Shown: positions 26,088-39,115 of the stretch, piece after piece
Layout of the letters: each line of letters opens with the position of its first letter
Position numbering within the stretch: the first letter of the stretch is position 1
DNA from: Octopus sinensis
Taxonomy: Eukaryota
Assembly (NCBI RefSeq): GCF_006345805.1
Contig: NC_043006.1
Location: 15,314,001-15,378,000, forward strand
Reading direction: 5' to 3'
Length of the DNA stretch: 64,000 nt
Notes under the pieces: generated by a model
Told to the model about the DNA's origin: nothing
The model's input: the letters and a program-made list of their open reading frames with translations, nothing else
Databases searched by the model: none
Translations under genes and position numbers: made by a program

Positions 26088-26598
26088 TGCACACACCATA
26101 GATAATAGTGGAAGGTTTCGAAAGTTAAGGAGGCGAAACTCAGTTTCGTAAATATATAATGATATTTACTGATGTAGCAAAATAATGTTATTCGATTTAC
26201 TCCAACATTATAGTTGAGATGTCATCACACACACTCACACAAACGCCATTTATCTTGAGGCGCGTGGCTTTGTGGTTTAGGGTGTTGCATTAAAACAAAA
26301 AAAAGAACGAAAAACAAAAAAAAAAGAATATATATAAAAATGTACAGCTTATTTTACCGTAACCATTGAAAATGCATGTTCATAATGATCATGTCAAGAA
26401 TGCATCGGGACTTTCTTACCAACCTGATTCATACAAACATAAATGTATACATACGCATATTTCAAAGTCGACCTAGGGTCACATGCGAGGGTGGTTTTCT
26501 CGTATCCATCCATCCATCTATCCATCAACCAATTCATCCATCCATCCATCCATCCATCCATCCATCCATCAACCCATCCATCCATCCATCCATCCATC

Positions 26599-26640
<42 letters not shown>

Positions 26641-27163
26641 AATTGAGATAGGGGTTGTAAATGCAACCCTCCATGGGATAACATATATCCAATATACTGC
26701 TAGTGAAGTACACCCTATACTTATATTTATATTTACTTATATTTATATTCTTTTATATATATTCTACTTATTATACAACATTACTCTTTTATGTACACTT
26801 TTTTATGTACATTCCTTTATGTACACTGATTTGTTCTGCTTTTTATATTTAACCCTACAGTCTCTTATGTGGTGGTTTAATAAAGTATGTGATTGAGTAT
26901 TATCTGGTAATTGATATTTGATTTAGATGTATTTCTCCATTTTCTTATCTTGTATATATATATATATTATGAGAGGTAATGGTATCATTGAGACCCAAAG
27001 GTAGTACTGTATAAGTGCTATACATAGACCATAGTTGAGTTCCAGGTTCGGTGATGACAAAGGAATAAAATATTACAGTTCTACATTTAAGAGATGAGGA
27101 ATTATGTACATTAATTATAATATTTAAAATTGACGGATATTTGTCCTCATCTTGTTTGTTGTT

Positions 27164-27209
27164 AACATAACGTTTCAGGTGATATACCTTCCAGCATTCA
27201 TCAGGTGTC
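27164..27209 (-). ncRNA. Degenerate minimal hammerhead motif
   Basis: GACAC-CTGATGA-A-TGCTG..CACCT-GAA-ACGT-T-ATGTT; palindromic ACGU stem III; stem II pairs only 3 of 5. Confidence 0.5.
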
Positions 27210-27254
27210 TTGGGGACATTTCGAACCTTGGTTCTCGTTCCTAAGGTATTTTTC

Positions 27255-27395
<141 letters not shown>

Positions 27396-29361
27396 TTACT
27401 GCCTTTTAACCACTACGCCTTATGCCCGTTTGATGTATTGCAGAATAATATGTAGAAAATGTTTCAGCTACTGAAGCTAAAAGCGATGCATATAGAACAT
27501 AAACTATGAAAAACATCAAATTATTGAACTGTTTCTTTAGAAATATAGAAGTAGTCTTGATAGTTCAATTAAAAAATTCCTTCACAAACGCTTTAAAGAA
27601 CAAGAGTGGTATCAGATACGTGTCCATTTTGTTAGGATGTAGATTCCCTGTGCCTAATATTCGAATTATCTCGTGTATAAAGGTATAGTTACTTGAGCCT
27701 GTTAACTGTCTTTTATGGTGTTAATGTCAGGGTGGTGTGACATGTGTGCGAGAAGGTATTGTTAGATCGATTGTGAGTTATAGTACTCACGGGATTCGTT
27801 GACACTTACTCAGGTGAAAATGGTTGTTAACTGTTGAGCTGTGTTTTTTCGCCAGTATAGCTTCTTATATAAGGCTTATAACATTAATGGTAACTGCGGT
27901 ATCCTCATTCATGTTCGTTCATTTCTGTAACTTTGTTTTCAAGCCTGATGCTCGTATGTTGAGATACTCTACGATTTGCTTATACAATGGCCAGAACGTT
28001 CTGATAGTAAAATGGCCAAATTGTACTAATGCTATAATATTTTTTTGTTTTTTGCATATAAGTACACATGCGCAAATACTCGTTGTAGATGTGCGGTTGG
28101 TTGAGAAGCATGCGTAGATTCCAATCGTCGAGAAGCCGTTTATTCGATAAAAGATTCCATGCAGAGGAATACAATTATTTAAACTTGTGTCCATTTTCAT
28201 TAAGTATCCTTTTCCTTTTTCAAATATTCAATAGAAGTCCAAAGAAATCGAAAATAAAAGATAATAATAAAAATAGGAGAGTTGTAATATTGGAATGTAC
28301 TTAGAATATTTTGATGTGAAAAAAAAGGGAAAAATGGAACTACAAAATTCAGTAAGTTTAAAAAAAATATTTAAATGTGCATTTAAAATCTTTTATATAT
28401 AATGATACAAAAATGTTTCTTTTATTTTCACAGGGTTGTAATAGAAATCTGTCTTTCACATGATACAATTACAAAAATGGCGTCAAGTTATTTCTAACTA
28501 TAGTCTTCTGATAAAAATTAAATTACCGAAACTGATAACACTCTTGCGAAATAAATGCTTTGCAGATTAACTATTACAAATCTGAAGATGAGTTTTGATG
28601 GAATATGAATGATTTCTTGCCTAATTTAGAAAGGTTATAATTGGATATTGACCTATATAGATCAATGGTGAAAATTTCGATTATCCATGCTACTCCCTGT
28701 TTTAGCGGAACTTAAATTTGATCATGTTGTCAGTATAAAGATAAAGTAAGCGCCTTAGACAAACGCAGACGACTTCAATAATTTGAATTTATAGAGACTC
28801 CATGTATATTAAAATTGTTTATCTGCATCTAAATTGATTTCTAATATTGACACAATGCTATATCTGCATTTTAAATAATCAGGTTAAACTAGGCGTGCAT
28901 GAAGATATTTGGACAAAGCATTCTGATATAAATAAGTACCATATAACTTTTAGCTGCAAATGGAAGGGCACATTTTAAACCGAATCCACCGATGTCTTTG
29001 GCAAGTTAAATAATTTACTGCAGCTTTAGTCAAAATGTTGTAGGTTCACATCTAAGCCATGAACTACGATGTTTCATGTACAAGGTACCTAACTTTAAAC
29101 GGTTGAACTCATCTAGATCTAAACTGATAATGTCCAGGAGCTGAGCTCACAACTGTGGGTTATAGCAGAACTTGTATAACCCGAGTATAGCTTTTCTTGC
29201 GAGCAGAATATATTTAATTCTACTCTCATGAATAGTTGTCTTCAATAGGCAATAGTTCTGTCGAGGAAGACTCTTATCTAATCGACTTAACGTGAAGGAA
29301 AACCGAGTCAAGTGCTCTAAGCGTGGATTAAGAAGGCATTTTTGATATACATATATATATA

Positions 29362-31499
29362 CATTGTATTGTATTGGCATCCTTTCTGTCTCGGGAGACA
29401 ATGGAGTTGCGCATTTTTTTTTTTTTTTTTTTCTAGGTCTAGTCCGGCTGTTATATTTTATTTCCTGTTACATTTCTTGCTGTGGCTGTGTAGTCCTATC
29501 CTGGACAAACACTCCCTCTGGCAGGTACTGCAAATGTAGCGAAGACTGTTCCTGGCTGGTTGTAGTGCCATGGTCTCTTGTTTATGTCTCTTCCTTTCTT
29601 TCCATTTCTCCTCTCTCTTTCTGTCACTCTCTGTATACCCTCTTTTACTGTACGTCGCCATTCTCCACGGTTGCCGGCGACTGCCTCCCAACCGCTAATG
29701 TTGATGTTGCAGGCCTTCATATCCCTTTGCAAACATCCTTGTAACGTAAGAACGGTCTACCCACAGACCTAGTACCCCTAGCAAGCTCTCCGTAGAGTAT
29801 GTCCTTGGGGATTCTGCCATCTTTCATACGGCTAACATGCCCAAGCCATCTCATACGTCTTTGTGTGAGGAGTGCAAACATGCTTGGTATTCCTGCTTGC
29901 CTGAGGACATCTTTGTTGGGGATATGATTCTGCCATTTGATGTGGAGGATTTTTCGGAGGCAGCGCAGGTGAAAGATGTTTAGGCGACGCTCTTGGCGTG
30001 TGTATAGCGTCCAGGTCTCGCTTCCATACAGTAGAGTGCTGAGTACACATGCCTGGTAGATCTTCATTTTTGTGGTCTTGGTCAGCTTATTGTTGTCCCA
30101 AGCCCGTTTGGAGAGTTGGGCCATCGCAGCAGCTGCCTTGCCAATGCGTATATTGAGCTCAGCGTCAAGGGATAGGTTGTAGGTGACGGTAGAGCCCAGA
30201 TAGGTAAACTTCTCCACCTCTTGTAATCTGTGGTCTCCAATATGTATGTTTGGGATGTCCGATGTAGCCTGGCCCATGATGTTGGCCTTCTTAAGGCTGA
30301 TAGCTAAGCCAAAGTCGTTACATGCTTGCTCAAAACAGTTAATGAGTCTTTGGAGGGCTTCTTCTGTGTGTGTTACCAGAGCGGCATCATCAGCAAATAA
30401 CATCTCCTTGATCAGGACGTTTCTGATTTTGGTCTTGGCACGCAGGCGCGAGAGATTGAACAGTTTCCCGTCACTTCTACTGTGCAGAAACACTCCATCA
30501 TCTGATGTCTGAAAGGCATGTGACAGCAAGAGTGAGAAGAAGATGCCAAACAATGTAGGGGCGAGGACACAGCCTTGCTTTACCCCGTTTTTTATTTGGA
30601 AGGCGGCTGATGTTGAACCGTTGTGCTGTATGGTGCCTTGCATGTCATCATGGAAAGACTTGATGATCCTCAGCAGCTTTGGTGGACATCCGATTTTTTG
30701 GAGCAGGAGGAAGAGGCCTGTTCTGCTTACCGAGTCAAAAGCCTTTGTTAGATCAATGAAGGCCATATATAATGGCATTTTCTGCTCTCTGGACTTCTCC
30801 TGAAGTTGGCGTATGGAGAATATCATATCGATAGTTGATCTGCTTCTTCTAAAGCCACACTGCGATTCCGGATAGATTCGAGAAGCAAGTTGTTGTAGCC
30901 TGGCCAGGATAACGCGGGCAAAGGTCTTTCCAACAGTGCTTAGAAGGGATATACCACGGTAATTGTTACAATCACCACGGTCACCTTTGTTTTTGTAGAG
31001 CGTAATGATGTTGGCATCCCGCATATCCTGAGGGACTGTACCCTCTTCCCAGCACTGACACAGAAGCTCATGAAGGTGCCGAAGCAGGATGGTGTTTTTG
31101 CCGGCTTTGATGATCTCTGAGGGGATGCCGTCTTTTCCCGGAGCCTTATTTCTTGCTAGGGAGTCAACAGCCTTGGTGAGCTCTGCTATAGATGGCGGAC
31201 TGTCAAGATCTTGACACTCTCGACTGCAGCCTCAGCCACTGTGGTCTCCCGTGAGTAGAGATCCTGGTAGTGCTCCACCCATCTATCCATTTGCTTGCCT
31301 TGATCCCTGATGAGATCTCCAGTAGTTGATTTCAGAGGGGCTGACTTGGTTGCGGATGGACCGAGGGCCTTCTTCAAACCAGCATAAGGCACGAAATAAA
31401 ACCCAACTGACAGCCAGACGCTGTGCAAATAGGTATTGGCAGGAAATCTGTCAGAGTATCCAGTCAGCTGCTGACAGGGGCGACACCCGTGGGATGTAT
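29362..31499 (-). mobile_element. RTE-clade LINE, 5'-truncated with inverted 5' tip
   Basis: About 500 open codons from 31215 to 29717 (KAPGKDG, NYRGISLL, QCGFR, FIDLTKAFD, GVKQG, LFADD), C-terminal CSTC..HSH, 3' end GTCTCCCGAGACAGAAAGGATGCC + (AATAC)n. Segment 31380-31499 lies on the + strand. Confidence 0.95.
29717..31024 (-). CDS. RTE ORF reverse transcriptase domain (435-aa open segment of a defective copy)
   Basis: ORF track translation contains all RT motifs including FADD; frameshifts at about 31210 and 29720 bound the open stretch. Confidence 0.85.
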   Translation of the reverse strand: MRDANIITLYKNKGDRGDCNNYRGISLLSTVGKTFARVILARLQQLASRIYPESQCGFRRSRSTIDMIFSIRQLQEKSREQKMPLYMAFIDLTKAFDSVSRTGLFLLLQKIGCPPKLLRIIKSFHDDMQGTIQHNGSTSAAFQIKNGVKQGCVLAPTLFGIFFSLLLSHAFQTSDDGVFLHSRSDGKLFNLSRLRAKTKIRNVLIKEMLFADDAALVTHTEEALQRLINCFEQACNDFGLAISLKKANIMGQATSDIPNIHIGDHRLQEVEKFTYLGSTVTYNLSLDAELNIRIGKAAAAMAQLSKRAWDNNKLTKTTKMKIYQACVLSTLLYGSETWTLYTRQERRLNIFHLRCLRKILHIKWQNHIPNKDVLRQAGIPSMFALLTQRRMRWLGHVSRMKDGRIPKDILYGELARGTRSVGRPFLRYKDVCKGI

Positions 31500-31501
31500 A
31501 T

Positions 31502-31674
<173 letters not shown>

Positions 31675-31706
31675 ATATAATATATGTGTGTGTGTGTGTG
31701 TGTGTG

Positions 31707-31994
31707 TGGAGGCGCAATGGCCCAGTGGTTAGGGCAGCGGACTCGCGGTCGTAGGATCGCGGTTTCGATTCCCAGACCGGGCGTTGTGAGTGTTTATTGA
31801 GCAAAAACAACTAAAAGCTCCACGAGGCTCCGGCAGGGGATGGTGGTGATCCCTGCTGTACTCTTTCTCCCACTCTTTCTTCTGTTGGCCTGCTCGCTTA
31901 GCCAGCGGGGCGGCGTCATTCGAAGGCTAAAACAATGCGAACGCATTGTGACCAGCGATGTGTAACTACATCTGATGGACTGGTCGGTCACCTG

Positions 31995-31996
<2 letters not shown>
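31707..31996 (+). mobile_element. tRNA-Arg-like SINE, family B2 (short tail)
   Basis: Head TGGAGGCGCAATGGCCCAGTGG..GGACTCGCGGTC..GGTTTCGATTCCC; tail TTCTGTTGGCCTGCTCGC..CATCTGATGGACTGGTCGGTCAC. Confidence 0.9.
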
Positions 31997-32042
<46 letters not shown>

Positions 32043-32351
32043 TTTATGTATGCATATATGGCGGAGGGGGGCGTTGTATGCGCGTGTATGAAGGCAGCAT
32101 TTACGCGCGTTTCGATTCTAAATTAAAATATGCACCGGTTTCATTTTGCATTATTTGTATTATTGTCCCCCTTATATCTTTGAGAAATGGAAATCATGGA
32201 AATTTAAATTGAGAATAATCTTTTATAACACCCTAGGGATGGTATAAATCACTGGCACGTATACACACATGTGCTCGCACGTACTCATTCACACCGAGAC
32301 ATATTTCCATTTGCATACACCGTTCACACACATATTAACGTAGACAGACAT

Positions 32352-32735
32352 GGAAGCACTCCGTCGGTTACGACGACGAGGGTTCCGGTTGATCCGAATC
32401 AACGGAACAGCCTGCTCGTGAAATTAACGTGTAAGTGGTTGAGCACTCCACAGACACGTGTACCCTTAACGTAGTTCTCGGAGATATTCAGCGTGACACA
32501 GAGAGTGACAAGGCCGGCCCTTTTGAAATACAGGTACAACAGAAACAGGAAGTAAGAGTGGGAGAAAGTTGTGGTGAAAGAGTACAGCAGGGATCACCAC
32601 CATCCCTGCCGGAGCTTCGTGGAGCTTTAGGTGTTTTCGCTCAATAAACACTCACAACGCCCGGTCTGGGAATCGAAACCGCGATCCTATGACCGCGAGT
32701 CCGCTGCCCTAACCACTGGGCCATTGCGCCTTCAC
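32352..32735 (-). mobile_element. tRNA-Arg-like SINE, family B1 (long tail), 11-bp TSD
   Basis: Same head as B2 with a different tail ending GACGGAGTGCTTCCA; TAGACAGACAT at 32341-32351 and 32739-32749. Confidence 0.92.
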
Positions 32736-33389
32736 TAATAGACAGACATACACACTTTGAGACGTAACAAACCGTAATAAATTTGCGTAACTATCCTGCG
32801 TCAATTACTTAGCTTAATCTTCTTTATACAAATACATGTCGAGGCGACGACAAAGCCATATATGGTCTCTCTGCCTGCCGTAAATGAAAACCAGATCTTT
32901 CCAGTATCAGAGTACTGTCTTTAAACAAAACAAGGGCATTTGACATTATAGTGCTGAATACATACATATCTGAGCAAAAAACTGGATGGCCATGACTGGA
33001 ACCAGTTACATTTGTTGCGAAAGAAGTGTACGTATGCTCGTCTTTGAAAATGCACTGTCATTCTTGTTTACATGCTCTGACGAAGCAAACCTACTATCGA
33101 AGCTTTTCCAGTACTTACCAGGCTGATTAAGATTTTCGTTTTTTTTCCTGCTAATTCTTAAAACCTAAATTCATATTATTCAATATGTCCTTCCATTTTA
33201 CTAATGCAGTTGAGTATGATCCGAGGGAAACTTGAGTGTTAATTCTAATAAGTCGTGTGGCAGAGCAGAGCCTCTTCACTCGTTGACTTTAAACTTTTAA
33301 AATCACATTAGTAAATGAAATAACGTTAAATATTCCCTCTAATTTTGACCTATTATACAAATATGTGAGTTAATTTTTAATCCGCAAGT

Positions 33390-33530
33390 AGGAGTGCCTG
33401 TGTGGTAAGTAAGTGTTGTTCCGGGTTCAGTCCCACTGCGTGGCACCTTGGGCGAATGTCTTCTACTATAGCATCGGGCCGACCAAAGCCTTGTGGATTT
33501 GGTAGACGGAAACTGAAAGAAGCCCGTCGT
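33390..33530 (+). mobile_element. Family A SINE 5' half
   Basis: GGAGTGCCTGTGTGG..GGTTCAGTCCCACTGCGTGG..AAGAAGCCCGTCG, then (TATC)n. Confidence 0.85.
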
Positions 33531-33541
33531 ATATATGTGTA

Positions 33542-33623
<82 letters not shown>

Positions 33624-33653
33624 GATACACACACACACACATATATATATATA

Positions 33654-33914
33654 TCGCTTGTCACAATGCGTTCGCATTGTTTTAGCCTTCGAATGACGCC
33701 ACCCCGCTGGCTAAGCGAGCAGGCCAACAGAAGAAAGAGTGAGAGGAGGAGTGGTGAAAGAGTACAGCAGGGATCACCACCCCTGCCGGAGCCTCATGGA
33801 GCTTTTTAGGTGTTTTCGCTCAATAAACACACACAACGCCCGGTCTGGAAATCGAAACCGCGATCCTACGACCGCGAGTCCGCTGCCCTAACCACTGAGC
33901 CATTGCGCCTCCAC
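33654..33914 (-). mobile_element. Family B2 SINE
   Basis: Reverse complement of 31707-31960. Confidence 0.9.
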
Positions 33915-34057
33915 GTTATTCAAATATGTGAGTTAATTTTTAATCCGCAAGTGATAATATCCCCAACTTATTAAAAATAACAGACATTACAATATATCAT
34001 TCTGTTTTCGAAATTATTTGCACTTAGGCAAACTCCGCATTAATATTCTTTTCTACT

Positions 34058-34432
34058 CTAGGCACAAGGTCCGAAATTTTGGGGGAGGGGCCAGTCGATT
34101 AGATGGACCCCAGTACGCAACTGGTACTTAATTTATCGACTCCGAAAGGATGAAAGGCAAAGTCGACCTCGGCGGAATTTGAACCCAGAACGTAAAGACA
34201 GACGAAATACCTATTTCTTTACTTCCCACAAGGGGCTAAACACAGTGAGGACAAACAAGGACAGACAGACAGATTAAGTCGATTATATCGACCCCATTGC
34301 GTAACTGGTACTTAATTTATCGACCCCGAAATGATGAAAGGCGACGTCGACCTCGGCGGATTTTGAACCCAGAACATAAAGACAGACGAAATACGGCTAC
34401 GCATTTTGCCCGGCGTTTCTACCAGCTCGCCT
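34058..34432 (-). mobile_element. Family D SINE dimer with two different tails
   Basis: Junction GAAATAG|GTATTTCGTC at 34211/34210; first unit has the GGGTAGTAAAG-type tail, second the CCCCAAAATTT..GTGCCTAG-type tail. Confidence 0.88.
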
Positions 34433-34889
34433 CCTTAAACTTCGTATTAATAATGCGATTAAAGCGTCCTACATCCACCAAGAGATGTTATGAATTTAAT
34501 AAGATTAGTTTACAGTTTCAGTACTGAATATTATCTCGGCCGCCATTAATTCTATTTTAACCATTTACTAATATTTCTATTAAGCTGGTGTAAATGCATT
34601 TAAAATAGGCAATATTTATATTAGATAAGTTCTAAGATGGCAGAATACAGTTAGTACGAATATATGGCGTAGCATAATGGATAATAAGGATTTTTACATA
34701 AATACTTCCATGGGAATAATTCGGAATCCGTGTGTCTAGTCGCAAGATGTTATGTAAGATACTTTAGCAACTTTAAGGTGCATTTAAGCTTTTATATTTT
34801 GTTATATTGTTAACTTATAGCCGTTTATCTCTATTTTCTGGTATAACGCAAAAGCCACGCGCACGCACACACACACTTTCTCCTTCTCA

Positions 34890-34962
<73 letters not shown>

Positions 34963-35202
34963 AATAAATAAATGTTCATAAATGGGTAGGATTAAAAATA
35001 TATATATATAGCAGAGAAGTATGGAATAAATAATCAGTAAGATATATTGGGAAAGAATTTGTTATATTTTACAATAGACTGAAAATAATCGTCCGTATGC
35101 ATTCATACAAATATATGTATACATACACACACAGACATAAATTATTTATATAATACATGCATGCGTACGTAAATACATACATACATACATACATACATAC
35201 AT

Positions 35203-35242
<40 letters not shown>

Positions 35243-35303
35243 ATGTCAGGTCACATGTATGATCTCTCATGGCTGCTACAGGCAATATGAAATCCCGTAC
35301 AAC

Positions 35304-35536
35304 TTATTTCTTTACTACCCACAAGGGGCTAAACACAGAGGGGACAAACAAGGACAGACAAACGAATAAAGTCGATTGCATTGACCCCAGTGCGTAACTG
35401 GTACTTATTTAATCGACCCCGTAAAGATGAAAGGCAAAATCGACCTCGGTGGAATTTGAACTGAGAACGTAACGGCAGACGAAATACGGCTACGCATTTT
35501 GCCCAGCATGCTAACGTTTCTGCCAGCTCGCCGCCT
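35304..35536 (-). mobile_element. Family D SINE
   Basis: Complete head, core and tail; short flanking repeat GTACAAC. Confidence 0.9.
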
Positions 35537-35544
35537 GTACAACC

Positions 35545-35930
35545 TGTTGCATGGTTACGTCCTCGGCAACCAAGCCGGCATCCTCGCTATGCTTGCTGGT
35601 GAGGAGGGTTACTAGAAACCCAACAGGACAGATGATCCTATTGTGGGTCGATCGACTATCTAGCAAAGGCATGACCCTCAGAAATTTTTGCTTGGTATCT
35701 GACATGCTGGAAGACTACTTAGATGGAGGCAACCTTTAGCTTTTATTAAAGCATGCCTCTAGGAGGTCATTCTGATATAAAACTGGATATGAAGGGAATG
35801 GTTTTGCACATTTTGGAGTCTTTTTCTTGCACTTGAAATCATGGCGCTGTCACATTCCTGAGCCTGGGACCCATATTGGCAGTGGATATCTTGTCCTGGC
35901 GTGTTTCTCGATCATATTAATTGGGTAGAG
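35545..35930 (-). mobile_element. Old RTE-like LINE 3' relic
   Basis: Fragments ..SSMSDTKQKF.. and AGLVAEDVTMQQVVQAA resemble the RTE C-terminus (HVSRM.D.R.PK; W..LA.DR..WR..V). Confidence 0.45.
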
Positions 35931-36249
35931 AGGGTCTGTGAGGTTCTGTGCAAGCATTATTAATCCTAAAATTTTAGTCGCCGGCGAGGCGACTATTCTA
36001 TGATCGGTCAAATAGGAGAGCGTGGAAGCTGCGGACGCTTACTCGAATTCAGTGGACTGCTGGTGCAATAACCTCGTACAAAGGCATTGGGGTCATTATT
36101 TTGCATGGGCAATAGTCGGTGTTGGTCCCCCTCGGTCATGAGTGAACGCCATCATATATATATATATACGCACGCACACACACATACATACACACACACA
36201 CACACACATGCACACACACACACATACACACACACATACATACAAGCAC

Positions 36250-36395
36250 AGGAGCGGCTGTGTCGTAAGTAGCTTGCTTATGAACCTCATGGTTCTAGTT
36301 TCAGTCTCACGGCGTGGTACCTCGGGCAAGTGTCTTCTACTACAGTCTCGGGCCAACCAAAGGCTTGTGAGTGGATTTCGTACACGGAAACTGTC
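36250..36395 (+). mobile_element. Family A SINE 5' half
   Basis: GGAGCGGCTGTGTCGTAAGTAGCTTGC..GGCAAGTGTCTTCTACTACAG..GGAAACTG. Confidence 0.8.
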
Positions 36396-36639
36396 GATGT
36401 GTTGGCTGAATTATATTTTTCTGTTTTTGGGAATTTTGATCTTGAATCTGTGCAGAGTCATCCTTTGACGTAGACTGTTTTTTGTTTGGCCTATGTATTT
36501 CTCTCTCTGTCTCTCTATATAGCTGTTGAAGATCATACATAAAAATGAAGTACCCATGTCGGTGTTGTATCTGGGTGACTTTAAAACATTGAGCTAGTCT
36601 GCTGGGCACCAAAATTTGAGCAAGTAACTGGTGTGACTT

Positions 36640-37360
36640 GTGGCATGTTCTAAAGTATTACACAAGATATGCTTTTGAGATTTTTGTTTCGTATATAATA
36701 GTCATCTTCTGGGCCTTGCACGAATCGCATATTCTGAATCTATTGATATATGGACTGGTCAGTTCTTCGTTTTTCCTTTTGCTAGAGTACTCTGCATTTT
36801 CATCCTTGAAGTGCTACACATATTTCGATGAAGCTGTTGCTGACCTCCTTCCTTTGTCTCTGAAGAATAATCAATTAAGCAATGTGAACCTGGAGTCGTT
36901 CAACAACCCAAATGTGTGTAATTTCGTCTCTCCATGTAAATTTAGTAGAATGTTTGAAAGTTAAATTCGATACACTCAATATCGATATATACAGAAATGG
37001 CAGCCTATCTATATTTATGTTTACATAAGTTTTGAAAAGAATTAATTATCACCTTCAATCAGCGAAGCCTAAATTCAGTAATGAGTATTCACCAGAACTT
37101 TGAACGAGTAGAACTTAATATCAAATTGAGGAAACGTACATCTACTTTTTATTTCTAATACTGCTAAACCAACCAACTTCAACATTATTATCAATCCACT
37201 GGAAAATGCTCGTGTCCTTCTACTGACATTTATATCATTCAAAATGTACATGCAGACCACTTCAAATTCGTTCTTAACAGGTTTTATTAACCAAGAGTTA
37301 GGATTAAATGTGAAACTCTCCTCATGGTCCTTTAAACAGATGTAAAGCTTCACTCTTATT
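36640..37360 (-). mobile_element. Penelope-like RT relic (LKDH-type, possibly Naiad clade)
   Basis: YICLKDHEESFTFNPNSWLIKPVKNEF..ILNDIN..RCTFPQFDIKFY matches the F.TLKDHK.NF..NP..RLINP.K.E..ILD.IN..CTFIQFDI..FYP pattern; downstream part heavily decayed. Confidence 0.6.
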
Positions 37361-39059
37361 CAAATAGTCTCATTTTATGGCTTTATTTTAGTAGCCATAA
37401 ACTTCATTCATCATTAATGTCATCATAAGTATTTAAATGAACTTTTCAATAATTTTGTGCAGAATTGCAGAAGCCTGATGTAAGTATCTTCGGTAATTCA
37501 CAAAAGTTTCAAGGGAGTGCACACACTTTGTTCGATTTCTTAATGGTTATAATGTCAAATTTAATTAATTTGAATATTATAACTGGTTTTTGAATTTTAC
37601 ATCGCTGATTATTTCTAAAGTCTGCGCTTCAAAAACTTTGAAAATCCTTATTACTTTACCAGAACGCGGTGTATATATTATGCAACTGTTAGTGGTTTCG
37701 TTTACCGTTCTTAATTCAGAATACGTATCACAAAATATCAAATCGTTAAACGTGTATTAAGAATAGTTGAAAAAAAAAAATTTAAATAAGTATCTTGATT
37801 ATCTCTAAATATGCTTTGTGAGAGGAGAAAATTTGTGAGAGAAGAAAATATATATAAATCATTCTTGGTTTTGTTGTTGAGACTTAGGCGAACTCATTGA
37901 GCAGACTCATCAAGTTATTCCAGTCGTTACCATCGCATCTTATCATTTTTATTATACCTTAGAAGCATTTTCTTGGCAGGTACCCCAATATCAACCCTAT
38001 TTGAGGTTTTCTGGGATCCAGGAGTTAGTCAAGCCCGAAGCATATTTCGAACTTTAAAAGAAAGCCCCATGCATGTGGTACAGATTTGAGGATACCCTGA
38101 TGTATCGCTAGAGATCGTAAAGTTAAACGTTTCTAGCTATTTCTAGGGTGTTATTTTCACGGTATTAATTCTTTGCGACAGGAGAATACAAAAACCTTTA
38201 CATGGCATACGTAGCGATAGTAACTTGGCGCAGTGAAGCTTGTCTGCATTGAAGGTGGATTCGAAGTGTCTATTTTTGTTAGAAATTTCTACAGTAACGA
38301 AGTAATTTTTCATTATAGTGTCATTTGAAAAAAAGAACAATAAAATAAACACGAATACTATTCGCTAGGTTCGTAAACTTCAAAAATACGTCGAGTAAAA
38401 TTTTCACGACTACTGAGGATCAAAAATCTCACTATCGATCTATATTCTTGTAATGGTAATAAATATCTATAGAAGGTTATCATTAATTCCGGTCGGTCAT
38501 TATCACAATATTTATTTTTTATGAAATTGGTAAAGAATCTGAATGTTTCTCTACAAGCATAAAGATTCAAAACGGTTAATTTTATATTCTAATTCATTAT
38601 TATAGATTTTTACACCACGAGAACAGAATAAGTTTTAAATGCTAATTAACTCTTTGACAAATTACAAATAAATTTTATGAAATGGAAAAAACACAACAGT
38701 CATAAAATCAGTAGCTGGATTATATTGTGATAATCAACGAACCATTAAAGTCAGCCGGAACAAAGGAATTGTACTTCATTTTATTACTCAATTATGTGTC
38801 TGTCTCTCGAATAATTATATTACCGGAAGACATATCCATTTTGAAAAAAAGACTATGGCAAAGAGTGACTTGTAATTAAGCATGCCGTATTACTTTGAAT
38901 TTTTAATGGAACATGAATAAATTCATAGTAAATTCAACTAGAAAACGAAATGAAGAAATAAATCGAAGTAAAGGTAAAATATATACCTTGAAGTAACTTT
39001 TTCTTGAGCTTTGATGTTTAAGAGAGAATGTCAATCAAATCCATAAATAAATTCACATG

Positions 39060-39115
<56 letters not shown>

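Noticed and set aside
27900-28200. Possible L1-type C-terminal Cys region on minus
   Set aside because: Needs several assumed frameshifts; not supportable.
31707-31790. SINE heads as true tRNA genes
   Set aside because: A and B boxes are present but the acceptor stem is not reconstituted, and each head continues into a multicopy SINE body.
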